A program made the translations under genes and the position numbers. Below, piece by piece: positions 1-11,050 of a stretch of 64,000 bases of DNA. Position 1 is the stretch's first letter. Each line of letters starts with the position of its first letter. The notes beneath the pieces are model-generated. The model saw only the letters and a list, made by a program, of their open reading frames with translations, searched no databases and had not been told where the DNA came from. This DNA is from Schizochytrium sp. TIO01 (Eukaryota > Protista > Bigyra: Labyrinthulomycetes), in contig SMSO01000031.1 in NCBI GenBank assembly GCA_004764695.1, positions 8,476,761 to 8,540,760 on the forward strand, given 5' to 3'.

Positions 1-108
1 GAGCAGCGATTTTTTAAAATTCTTATAATAAAAATATATCAACAAAAGAAACTCCCTTTGCAGTTATTCTCTTGGTATCCACGATGAGACATATGATTTC
101 CGATGTAC

Positions 109-521
109 TGATTTGCTGAAAGATCATTCTGGTCAGCTTGAGGTTGACTGTAAAGATGTAGGCAAGGGTCTTGATGAAGGCTTTAAGAAGGTCGATTTGC
201 GAGTTAGCGAACTGCTGTCTTGGAGAATGAATTCCAGGACAGATGGATCCATGTAGTAATTAAGGAGGTTAAGACATTCTTGAAAGGTGTTAGAGATAAT
301 CGATGGGGTTAGGTTAATTCAGTCTCTTCAACCATCGATCCAAGTTACACCATCCTTGGTGTAAAATTAAACTTTAAACTCTTGACTCTGGCAGCCACAC
401 GACTCTGGCTGCCTACTCTTGCTCTATTATAATCCTTATGTCAGTGAGGGTTTCACAAAGGGACGCCAAGAGCTCTAGTAATGGCTTGTCCACTAGTTTC
501 TTCCATTGGAGATCTCAGCAT
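109..521 (-). repeat. Copy 1 of a dispersed ~340-410 bp repeat; probable decayed retroelement integrase fragment
   Basis: Aligns by eye with 3922-4259 (shared blocks include CTGGTCAGCT.GAGGTTGACTGTAAAGATG.AGGCAAGGGTCTTGATGAAGGCTTTAAGAAGGT and GTCAGTGAGGGTTTCACAAAGGGA). This copy has ~90 extra bp at ~256-343. The minus strand reads, across stops and a frameshift, WIDG*..IISNTFQECL..GIHSPRQQFAN, loosely like an integrase core. Confidence 0.75.
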
Positions 522-2500
522 GATTACTATTGCTTAGATCTCTTATCGGCTGATCTAGCGGAAAAGAGATTGCCAAAAACCATCTTTAGTAAAAATAAGA
601 ATGCCGGTAGCCCTCCTCTTATAGATTAGTGTATGTCATAATATATGATGAACTAGTTGCGAGTGGAATAGGACTGGGCGACGATAAAGCCGTGTTTGAT
701 AAGAAGATGAAAAATGATACTTGTACATGTATCTTACTAACTGCTACCAATCATTTTAAAGGCGAAGTTGGACATGCATCACTCGATAGGTTCTTGTGCT
801 TATATGTATTAGTTGGATTTTACCTCCATAATCCTTTCATCTACAAAGAGCTGTTCCCAGATCAACACAGCAAGGGAGTTCTACAATGGCACAGTGGTAA
901 AATGGTTGATAAGGAAACAGAGCTTAGCCTTCGTCGAGGCTATTGGAACCTATAGCTTCGACTTCAAGAAGAACTTCAAGGCGCCCTGCTTGTATGCTTG
1001 TTCGAATCAAATGCCAGAAAGCAAAGCATAAGAGCTGTTAACTTTTAAACACTTCATTCTCAGTAGGCAATGCCAGGACTGAGAAGGAAAACAGAAACAA
1101 CATTACGGCAAGCCTTTGCAAGGCTTAAGGGAACACCTTTGTGACACAACTAGTATGATGCCTGATGCTTGACGCTACTGACACGATAACTGATGATGCT
1201 TGACACCATGGCATGATGTTTGTTCAAAGTATACTAGGGAACGAAGGAAACAAAGCTAGTGTCGAGAGGAGTTGCAAAGCAAAATCCGACAGCGAATTCA
1301 ACCGACCCAAACCGATTCAACAAGGCCTCTAATTATCCAAGACAAGTATCAACCCTAGCCTCAATACCAACTAAGCACAACTATCTCCGACATTTCCTCA
1401 ATCACCTCTAAGCAATCATAACCACGTTTCATAGCTTATTATGAACAAACAAAGTCATAATCTGTACCTCCACCTTGCGCACAAGAAGGGCTTTATTTAT
1501 TTGCTGAACAGTGTCAGTTAAAGGCTGCGGGGAGAAGAAAGTACATGTGGGTATCTCAAGAATACGAGTCGGTACACTGGAGAGACACAGTGCTTCTTCT
1601 CTACTCGGCCCCAAAAGGCGAGTCAGTTGAGCAGGAGGTTTATGATTCAACAACCGTCCAAGTCTTGGGTCAGGCAAATGTCTATCGGAAGGCATCAGAA
1701 CACGGGCTTCTCTCTTTGTAAAGACACCTAACCTGTTTCTGCTCAATACTGGGCTCTTGCACGAAGAAAAGAGGAGTTTTGCCCAACGATTTATTTGCAA
1801 AATAGGTTACAACGGTATCTAAACATTGGAATGGCCCTCGATTCGTAAGCAATAGCACATGCAGGGTACCAACGTCAGTCTTAAATGGCATAAGCAGACC
1901 CGTTGGCCTGTTATGATATGTTCATACCTCTGCACTCCTCGCGAAACACGGTCGGGGGAGATGTCCCGATTTCGGAGGTGCCCCTGATATTTTCGTAACT
2001 ACATGCAAAAGGTTAGGCAAACAAGGCTTTGCTTGAGGACACCGTTGGGAGCACAAGCACGTTTGGGCAATACTTTGGCTCATTTCAATGAATACAATCC
2101 ATCGTCGTTTGAGTAAGTACTCTGTGTTCGCTCTTTCAATAATCCTGCTCTCTCTTACCACCTCAATACTGTTTATGATAAACAACTGCTTCAAGAAGAA
2201 CGCAGGGTGTTAAGTTACTGTGGGTTTATACTTCTACTCTACTTAATTATATATAAGCAGCTGTGGTCTATACGGGACAGTAAAAGGAGGTGTGGGTAAT
2301 ATTACCTATAGTTGTGCCGCTTTAGCAGTTTCTGCCGTTGAAGTTTGTAAAGTTTACGAGTTGGTGGATTCCCGGTCGGGAACACGGGAGCATCAATTCC
2401 AAATCAATCCATTGTTGAACAGTTTGTTTGCTCAAGCCAACGGGAACGATCAAGAGGTCTTGGTGTGGAAGGAGGCGCGAAAGGGGCCAGGGCGGCGAGG

Positions 2501-3463
2501 ATGAGCGATATTCTGCGGCTGCTTCAGTCTGGGAACTTCTCGCACGTGTACCAGCTGGTCGGCTGGGAAGGCAGCGATGAGGAAGAGCTCGCTTTGGAGG
2601 ATGTCGCGGCAGTGGCCAAGGTGTACAGAGACGATGTAGCAGACGCAGCGGAGCACGCAGAAAGTGAGATTAGGGCCCTCGAGCGACTGCAAGAGAACGG
2701 GGAGAATCACAACTGTGTGATCCGACTGCTTTTTGTTGATAGAACTGGCGCTAACCTGCCCATCGTTGGCCTTGAACACTGCCAAGGGGGAGACATGTAT
2801 GAGCTTCTTCAACATGGCCCACTTGATGAGGCTGACGTGAAGTACTACGCCGCGGAACTTGCAAGCGCTTTAGAATATTTGCGCCAGAATCAGGTTTTTC
2901 ACGGTGACGTGAAACCTGAAAACTTGGGCTTGTCAGCCAATGGGCACCTGCGACTCCTTGATTTTGGGTCCTCTCGGGTGCTGGAAGCAGGCTCACTAGT
3001 AATTCATGCGTCAGGATCACTATATTATGCTAGTCCAGAAGCCTATAAACGCTCACCTTGCAGCTATGCAATAGATTGGTGGGGTATGGGAGCAGTACTG
3101 TATGAGATGCTCTTCGGGCAACAGGTGTTTTCAAAAGAATCAGTTGAATCTACAATGCATCACATTATTAATGCAATCATTATATGGCCAACGTCACCCT
3201 CCTGTACCATAACCTTTCAGAGTTTCGTCAGCCAATTTCTCAAACGTGAACCCGAAGAGCGCCTGCAATCCCTTCAAGCATGCTTGTCTCACCCGTTCAT
3301 GGATGAAGTTAATTACGATCAAGTCAAGCATCAATCTTGGGTTCCCCTGCGTTTTACTATGGTGAATTCAAATAATACAGAAACAATCGTTGAGGACATT
3401 AGCTCAACCATAAGTTCGAGGTCTTCAGAATCGAGAACACGCTCGACTGTGTGTAGTTTGTAA
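2501..3463 (+). CDS. Ser/Thr protein kinase, AGC/PDK1-like, non-RD (HGD)
   Basis: Kinase motifs: reduced G-loop QSGNFSHV, AVAK lysine, alphaC Glu (ESEIRAL), HGDVKPEN, DFG, YASPE, DWWGMG, ERL..HPF. First ATG is at 2501; the ORF track starts at a GTG at 2465. Confidence 0.9.
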   Translation: MSDILRLLQSGNFSHVYQLVGWEGSDEEELALEDVAAVAKVYRDDVADAAEHAESEIRALERLQENGENHNCVIRLLFVDRTGANLPIVGLEHCQGGDMYELLQHGPLDEADVKYYAAELASALEYLRQNQVFHGDVKPENLGLSANGHLRLLDFGSSRVLEAGSLVIHASGSLYYASPEAYKRSPCSYAIDWWGMGAVLYEMLFGQQVFSKESVESTMHHIINAIIIWPTSPSCTITFQSFVSQFLKREPEERLQSLQACLSHPFMDEVNYDQVKHQSWVPLRFTMVNSNNTETIVEDISSTISSRSSESRTRSTVCSL

Positions 3464-3921
3464 TATATAGCCAACCTTTAAAAGAAAGTCACTTCAATAG
3501 TCTTTGAAACTTGATAACGCCGGAAGGATTTAAATTGCTTCTTTCCTTGAACTAAAACTTCAATGATATCATTCGAAAATTGAAGAAAATCCAGACTTGA
3601 AAAATAATACTGCACCTTGAGAGTAGGTCTTCATGTACACTTGCTTTCACTACATTACTACAAAGAAGAAAAGATGTAGTCCTTTTAGAACAAGTTTCCT
3701 TCCTTTTGTCAACATTCAAAATAGCTTGCCTTCCGTCTTGTCAGCCTGAGCCACATACACTATATTTGTTGCAGTGCAAATCTGTAGTGCAAAGCCTTAG
3801 AGACCTATCTTCCAGACTGCTGTAGAATTCCAGAGAAAGCTTTCAGACTGAACTTCTAAAAACAATTTTAATTATATATCTGCATTGGTACAGTATGCGT
3901 GTAGTCAATATGAGGTTGACT

Positions 3922-4259
3922 TGATTGCTGAGAGATGCCTCTGGTCAGCTCGAGGTTGACTGTAAAGATGAAGGCAAGGGTCTTGATGAAGGCTTTAAGA
4001 AGGTTAATTTAAGAGTTCGCGAACTGCTGTCCTGGAGAATGAATTCCAGCAGGACGGACAGATGGATTCATGTTACATCATACTTGGATGTAGGTAATGT
4101 GAAGTCACACTTTGAACTCTTGGCTCTGGCAGCCACATGAATCTGACTGCCTACTCTTGCTCTGCTGTAATTCTTAAGTCAGTGAGGGTTTCACAAAGGG
4201 ATACCAAGAACTCTAGCAATGTCTTATCCACTAGTTCCTTCGATTAGAGATCTCAGCAT
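3922..4259 (-). repeat. Copy 2 of the dispersed repeat (same orientation as 109-521)
   Basis: Direct, diverged copy of 109-521. The minus-strand frame GIHSPGQQFANS*INLLKAFIKTLAFIF carries an in-frame stop. Confidence 0.75.
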
Positions 4260-4499
4260 TGATCTTGGTTTGTAACTCCCCGGTGCTCTTTTAACCCTGT
4301 CTACCTTTGCACGCATCAACTAGAACAGCTAATAATGAACCTTTTCCCTATTAAAAAGAAAGAGAAACGCCTTTCTATTGTGTGCATATCCTCCGAAAAG
4401 CTGTGGTGTTGCTCGACGCTTTCGCCTTCAAGAATTCCATCACTGCAAAAGCTGCATATTGAGAAAGCCAGCAAGAAACAGTCTTTCTGAACTGGTAGC

Positions 4500-6700
4500 A
4501 ACTTAATATGTCCGAGAACACCAATATAGTACTGGGATTTATCTCTGAGTGGCAAGGCGAAGGAGAAGTTTAGCATGAATGCGGGACGCTACGCCGAGAT
4601 GAACGGCTTGGTGGGCAATATTGTTACGACGATGGTTAAGCGTGAGTGAAGCAACTACCACCATGGTCAGCGATTCAAGAAGATCAAGAATCTTCGTGAC
4701 CATGCTACTTTTGATGGGAACGGGAGCTTTGTGTATGCTCAGCGTGTCCCCGAACGCTTGGTGGACGAGCACCATGATTTCCATTCGCCTGTGATTGAGT
4801 TTCGGATGCTGGGCGAGTCCATCATGGCTATCAATGCGAGTAGTGGCATTCTTTACGTGGAGGCGAGCCCTCAAATGAGTGGGACCAAGACTAAATGCAT
4901 TTGCACTACCTTGACGCTCAGAAACTAACTAACTAACTATATCAACTCTGCGTACACCTGAACGATCTTTAAAATAATAGAAAGTTGTTGATCACTCATG
5001 AACGAAACAAATTCCGAAAGCGAGATGGCGAGCTTATGAAGAGCTCTTAGTATTAAACCCAAAATTTGAAGATCGAAATACTGATAATGGTAATGTATAA
5101 ATTCTATGCAAGCACTCATGGAAGAACTAAATACCAATTATTCTAAATGATCTCCACTTTTATTAATTTAGAAAAAAAGTTATATAAATGAAATAAGGGT
5201 CTGGATAGATGCAAAAGAAGTAAATCATGTGTGCGCCAGTTATTTTGTTCTAATCGGTCATTGGCGCCTCCGCCGTGCACTTCGAGCGGGATCCAGATAG
5301 TCTCACACTCAAGGAGGAACCTGAAGGCTTTAGTGCCACAGAAAGCTATTATTTTGCCCGTACACTTGATCAAAACAAGAACTCGGTTGTCACTGGCAAT
5401 GACCCCGACTCTTCACTGGCAACTTTTGTTAGTAGGATTACTATGTACACACACCTGTGACACAACTAGTCTACATTCCATAGCTATATTGATGTACTCG
5501 ACGAATATCTCGCCTCAGGGGGACATCATGGGATTTGGATTAAATGTACATTATGCAACAAACTCGTCTACATTTTGATGGCTCAGTGACCGCATCAAAG
5601 AGCTCTGAAAGTTATTGCGGAAGCAATGCACAACTGTATGCAATGGTGAATATTTGGGCTACCAGAATTATTCGTGGTCGTGTATTTGCTATGCTCCAGT
5701 AGCTCTGTCTACTACAAACCAACAGCTTCCGGTTACGTATGCCTCAGAATCACAGTAAATCGCGCTTTCTCTTTAAATTTGACTAGGACACTAACACTTG
5801 GAATTTTGTGCAGAGAATTATTAACCTTGAGGGCATCTACTATCCTCAACAACATTTGGGATACAATATTGTTGCCCTTACAGATACCACATTTGCTGAT
5901 GCGAATGTGAACGCTGCATCTCGGCACTTTCTCTCTCTCTCGGCGAAGATGACTTTTATGTGGGCAAATTTTTTGTACTCAAGTGTGGTTTAACGATGCT
6001 GTCATTATAAACCAACTCTCTGGATCTCTAGCAACAATGCCCAGCCAGACTATCTTGAAGAAGCGGGGATCTACCATGTGGGATCTGTTTATTACTTGCC
6101 TATCAATGTCGGACGGCTGACCTACGCAAGCGCCTCATTCCAAAACAATATAATTCGTGGATGGATACTGGTGTTTAGTTTGAACAGGTTGTGTCGCATA
6201 GTGGTGATAAAGTTGCTGGGTATTTACCTAACTACAACAGTGACTTCCACAACAAGCTCGTGGGATCCGAAAAAGGCGCAGTTGACAGTTTTGTTGTGAC
6301 ATATTAGGTTGTGTAGGATCTCAATTGCAGCTCCACGATCTACCGATGGTCAGTAGTGTGAACACATTAATACCATCTGCTTCTTCTAGCCTTCGAGTTA
6401 GTTTAGGGAATATCACTGGTGATGTCAGCATTCACTCTGATCTGGTTCTTGCCAAGGGTTTCTACACCGCAGTTCTTCTCAAGGTAAAGTTTGGAATTGT
6501 GATACCATGTACTTTTTTATGGAAATTCCTACTACACACGTGGAATTCTTTGTATGCACAGTGAGCCAACGCCCACTCCTTGTCATACTTCTGCAGGCGA
6601 TTGTGACCAAAAAAGCCGCACACACAAATTGTGAGGGAATTTTTCAGGACGGCTTCATAATGGGCTATTGCTCTGACGCGTATTCCGAGCAAAACGTCTA
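4500..6700 (+). pseudogene. Decayed large cell-surface protein gene with cadherin-like and FG-GAP-like segments
   Basis: Fragmented + strand frames: LSGKAKEKFSMNAG, NLRDHATFDGNGSFVYAQRVPE and MAINASSGILYV resemble cadherin-repeat motifs. WNFVQRIINLEGIYYPQQHLGYNIVALTDTTFA (~5799-5895) and EAGIYHVGSVYY (~6060-6095) resemble FG-GAP propeller blades. Many stops and frameshifts; boundaries approximate. Confidence 0.5.
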
Positions 6701-7518
6701 ACGCCAACAAAGCCGAGACTGAGGCCAGTTCGGTAGGCGAAGCTAGCCAATTAGCGGCATCCAAGAACACGATTGTAACACGAATGGCTGCTAAGTGTCT
6801 TCGCTAAGGAGACTCGCGCAGGCCTCGCGGCCAGCATCAACGTCTCGACCAGTATTCAATCATTTTCTGGCGCCGCCGTCTTCAGGTTAAAGGATGCCAT
6901 CCTCACCACCCTCACCTCTGGGGAGACTAGCGAGGCAATGCGTCAGCTTGTGTGCAGCTCCGATGCATCTTTCTGCTCAGGGACATGCGCTACTCAGAAT
7001 TGTCTCGTTGGATATCGATGACAATGCCTCAGATCGAAAGTGGCCTTTATTATAGAAGTGATACTTTTTCTTTGGTGACTGCCTTACAGCACTATTAACA
7101 GTGAGTATCATGAATGATCATTGATGGAAAATAATAACACAGAAAAGGTGCCATCTAACGACGAGCGACTCTGCCAGCCACAACCCAGTCCAAGCCAGTC
7201 TTGCAGTGAGGCAAGCGTGGGCGGGCAAGGAGTCCTCTGGGTCGGTCTTCCTTCGCCACACCACCTTGCTGAACAAGATCTTTGTGTGGACTTGTTTGGA
7301 TGGTGTTTGACGCCGCTCGTTGACTGCTGCTCACTGCAAGCTGAAGAGAAGACAGAGAAGTCGAACTTGTCGCGTATAACGCTCTGGGGCTAAGCACACG
7401 GTGAGACAAGCACACAGGCAACCACGAAATCACGTGAGCAAGCACGCAGTCAGGTGGCTAAGGAGTTAATCTTTCGTCCTTGCTTGCAACGAGAAAACAA
7501 ATACGTATTTGGCACACC

Positions 7519-10110
7519 ATGGCGTCTGTAACACAAGGTCCGATCAATAATGTACTTCAGCCCATGTCCAAATTCCAGTCGCACATGTACGGTGGCCTGA
7601 GATATCAAAGCATTGAGTGTTTGGCACAGGCTCTGACGAATGGTAATATTCCCCCCGGGACTGTGGGCCGCATGGATCTTTCAAGTAGCTTGCAAGTCAT
7701 ATGTATCTTTCGTTACATCCCTGACGAAGCCTTACTGACAAAGCACTTTGGGTTTTCATTGAAGGGCGATGGCTATGCCGAGAAAGAAATGTACGATCTT
7801 ATTTTAAGTGACGGTTTACAGAGAGCTCGTGTGGTGTTGCACCCGAGACTAAACAAATTCGTTCGCACTGGCGAATTGAACCTCCTGGCGCACATCGAGT
7901 GTAGCTCGTGGAAGCATGTGGTCTTGCAACATATTCGCGCTCCTGTTTTAATGGGACTTAGTGTGGAAAGCCATCGTATTGAAGTAGTAGCTAATTTCAA
8001 CACAGACTTTAACTCTAAGTCGCGTGTTTCATCTATGATGGGCATTCACTATCATCCAAAGCTTCTTGCAGCAGACAACCAAGGTGTAATTATTGCAAAA
8101 GATCCTGCTTTTTGGCGTCGCCCTTTGGTACCTGGCCGCAGTTTCTATTTATCCATGTCTGCAGATGACTGCCCAAACAGTGCAGTAGCGATGCCTATGC
8201 CATACTCTCCTCTCGATGGTATTCTTTGCCAACATATTCTCCTTGACCCGGATGATGGTCATGGCATTCGGATGGATACACTTGAGACACATCGCACATT
8301 GTTGCGAGAGGATATTGCAACGAATATTTTTGTTGATAACGAGTGGATGGTCAGCACTGATGTACTTGTTAACCTGGAGGACTACATCTCTGCCAGGTAT
8401 CAAAGGCACCCAATGACAATCAAGGAGGTCATTGATCTCACTCAAAATTCACTCGAAAATCGCAAAGACAGGGTGTCTAGTGAAACCAAAGGAGAAAAGG
8501 CGAGAGGAATTTTATTAGGCGTTGTCACATCAAAGTCAGCTTTGCACATTTCTTCAACAACCGATGCCTCTTCAAGGAGCTGGGCACATTTTACATTCGA
8601 GCTAACTGATTCTTCAGGGACGACACAGATTTCCTGCTGGAACCATCTTTGCCGTCTTATTTATCATGTGGTACAACCTGGGGCTATTCTTCTCGTGCAG
8701 TATGGTCGTTACAAACCTTGCAAAGTTCTATCTACGCGTCGTGCTGACATGATCAGCTCACACCACGAGTTTTCCCTGGAACTATCAACTCTTCCCGATG
8801 AGATCACCTTTGACAGCCTCTCGAAATCTCCTTTTGTTGTACAGGTCGCAGAAGACAATGCGATCTGTGGAGCCTCAAATATTAGAAATGTCTTTAGCCC
8901 AGCGGATAATGCCCTCGCTGACTTTATGGAAATTCAAAAGCTTGCTTGGAAATACGTGGCAACCAAACAAACCGAGCGACCTCGCGTGACAATTGCTGGG
9001 CTAGTGACTTATGTGGGGCGACGTGAAATTTTGCATACAGTGCGTGGTGACCGCTTCGAATTTCGCTGGATCAAAGTTGCTAACCCAGATTTTAGTGAAG
9101 AACTCGTTGTGCAAATGTACGCCAACTCAGATCCAGAGAGTTACATGAATATCTCAGCTGGTCATTGGTTGGTCGTAACAAACGTTTTTCTTGGTGTACA
9201 GGTCATTTCTAGTCAATCTCCTTTGTCGGTATGCCTTCGATCAACTAAGGACACAAGCTACTTTCTTTTTAAAATCCCAAATTCTCCCAGTACGCCTCAA
9301 AAAAAGAGTAATGATCCTTTTGAGGCACACCAGCTATACCCAAAGCTTAATCGCTTGCTACCTCGTGCAGCAAATCTTTTGAGAAAGCTCATTAAGACCT
9401 GGCAACCTCAGCTGATTGATGCCGCGATTGTGTATGACCCATCTATGCCAAAAATTGCTAGCGAGATGGCAGGTAGCTCTCGCCGTAATAAGCGTTTGAG
9501 GCGGTCTGCGAATACCGAGAAAGATGAAGAGTCTGACAACTTTATTCCTCAGTCCGCGAAGGATTTTATTTTCCTAAAGAACCCATCGCATGAGCTAGAT
9601 CTTCAACATCGCTCAGTGATGTCGTTTTTGTTTAGCCCAAACATGCTGGCACTTAAACCGCGCTTTGAGCCGTTTAAACTTTCTTCTGTAACCCATCTTC
9701 ATCAGGCAGAGTTTTACAATGCTATGCTTGTTGGCGAAACCCAACATTATCGCATTCAGACCTTTGTTCAGACTGTGGATCTCCGTTTATTGCGGAAGTC
9801 TGGCATGTTCTACTTAGCATTTTCACTTGGCACATCGAGCACAGTCGATTCTGGTGATTCCGTCGAGGCTTTGATGAAGCGTAACCCTATTCTTGGTCCG
9901 TGCCCAACAAGGCTCGAGATGACAGATGCAAAGTTCGCACTGTCTTACTATCAGACTCGTCTTCCGAGTCTTGATTTGAAAGGCCTGATTAATGGGGGTG
10001 CATCCCAAAGCTGCCCACTGTGGGTGCAGGCTCATAAAGTCAGTTTCTATGAAATCGAGTTTGATATCATGGGTGAATTTAACCCTGACTTCGATGATTC
10101 AGACTTATAA
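7519..10110 (+). CDS. RADX: RPA1-related multi-OB-fold ssDNA-binding protein, RADX-like
   Basis: 863-aa intronless ORF from ATG 7519. Ordered motifs match human RADX as remembered: YDLILSDG..LHPRLN (YDVTISDG..LDPSLN), RPLVPGRSFYL (RPLRGGKSHYL), ELTDSSGTTQISCWNHLC (EVADSSGTVSVIMWNALC), GLVTYVGR (GLLVFVGR), FRWIKVAN (YRWIHIAD), VQMYANSDPE (VELFSTSQPE). Basic NLS-like RRNKRLRR. Confidence 0.8.
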   Translation: MASVTQGPINNVLQPMSKFQSHMYGGLRYQSIECLAQALTNGNIPPGTVGRMDLSSSLQVICIFRYIPDEALLTKHFGFSLKGDGYAEKEMYDLILSDGLQRARVVLHPRLNKFVRTGELNLLAHIECSSWKHVVLQHIRAPVLMGLSVESHRIEVVANFNTDFNSKSRVSSMMGIHYHPKLLAADNQGVIIAKDPAFWRRPLVPGRSFYLSMSADDCPNSAVAMPMPYSPLDGILCQHILLDPDDGHGIRMDTLETHRTLLREDIATNIFVDNEWMVSTDVLVNLEDYISARYQRHPMTIKEVIDLTQNSLENRKDRVSSETKGEKARGILLGVVTSKSALHISSTTDASSRSWAHFTFELTDSSGTTQISCWNHLCRLIYHVVQPGAILLVQYGRYKPCKVLSTRRADMISSHHEFSLELSTLPDEITFDSLSKSPFVVQVAEDNAICGASNIRNVFSPADNALADFMEIQKLAWKYVATKQTERPRVTIAGLVTYVGRREILHTVRGDRFEFRWIKVANPDFSEELVVQMYANSDPESYMNISAGHWLVVTNVFLGVQVISSQSPLSVCLRSTKDTSYFLFKIPNSPSTPQKKSNDPFEAHQLYPKLNRLLPRAANLLRKLIKTWQPQLIDAAIVYDPSMPKIASEMAGSSRRNKRLRRSANTEKDEESDNFIPQSAKDFIFLKNPSHELDLQHRSVMSFLFSPNMLALKPRFEPFKLSSVTHLHQAEFYNAMLVGETQHYRIQTFVQTVDLRLLRKSGMFYLAFSLGTSSTVDSGDSVEALMKRNPILGPCPTRLEMTDAKFALSYYQTRLPSLDLKGLINGGASQSCPLWVQAHKVSFYEIEFDIMGEFNPDFDDSDL

Positions 10111-10495
10111 TAATAAGACGCTTTCCTGCGCTTTCCTGAAAAGGGTAAAGGAGGAGGGGAGAGAAACAAACCCTTAAAGCCAGAAAATGTTTACATAGGT
10201 CGTATCTATTGTTTCTACAGTGATGTTAACATGAGTATCAATGCTGCATTTTATAGATCTGTGGGAGGAATGATTAAAGTGTAGACTAATGCACGAAACA
10301 AAGAATAGCTTCTACTTGACTGGGTGTTTAGATAGTCGCACGGTCTCAGCCATAACATTTAAAAAGAAAAGAAAAAGGTTGAAGAAACATACTCAAGTTG
10401 AAATCATGGTGATTGCTTTGAATAGAACACAAAAACTGAAATCTTTACGAGTGAGGGTGGTGGTAATATTACTACAGTCCCAGCAAGGGCAAGTC

Positions 10496-11050
10496 TTACG
10501 CGCGGAAGCTGTTATTGCGTGGCGGTTTTTGCGCGCTATCTAGAAATTCGCTTGGTGCAAAAAGGGGGTCGTACAAGCTTCCAAGTTTACCGTGACCTCG
10601 CTTCTCCATCGGCGTTGCGTCCATCTGATTCGTTCGTGCCTTCAAGGCGCTTCTCTGATAGTGAGGAAATGTGATTGGGGTATGCGCTGTGCGTGACTGG
10701 ACGCTATTGTTGGTCTCCGCACTTTCATTGCACTGCCAGATTGACTTCCATGGCATGTGCTCAATAATGGACTCTTCCTTATTGTCGAACATCCGGTTGA
10801 CAAGGTCATTCATTTCTGTGTCATCGAGGTGGTCCAGAGTCTATGTGGTTTAGCATTTTCCCATTATTATGCCCACCAGAGCATATTTATTCGTACATGC
10901 ACGTTGATAAGATATAGAGATAAGCATTTGTCAGTGACTCTATGCAATTTTGATAAGGCTCAATGTCGCCTTCGTTTTGTTCTTATGTTGAGCGTTTCCG
11001 ACTTAACTCACCTGGATGCGCCGCCGCCGAGAAGTGAATGGAGTAGACAT
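10496..11050 (-). CDS. Predicted two-exon hypothetical protein, 127 aa (exons 11050-11012 and 10840-10496; intron 11011-10841)
   Basis: ATG in CAAAG-ATG context; donor CAG|GTGAGT; acceptor GCTAAACCACATAG|ACT. The phase-0 join gives MSTPFTSRRRRIQ-TLDHLDDTEMNDLVNRMF..., in frame with track ORF 10496..10813. Confidence 0.65.

Noticed and set aside
1429-2250. Short ORFs upstream of the kinase
   Set aside because: Possibly a decayed gene, but there is no recognisable motif or consistent frame to support a call.
109-4259. Direct repeats considered as the LTRs of an intact retrotransposon
   Set aside because: No clear TG..CA ends, PBS/PPT or gag-pol between them; the repeats themselves look like coding remnants.
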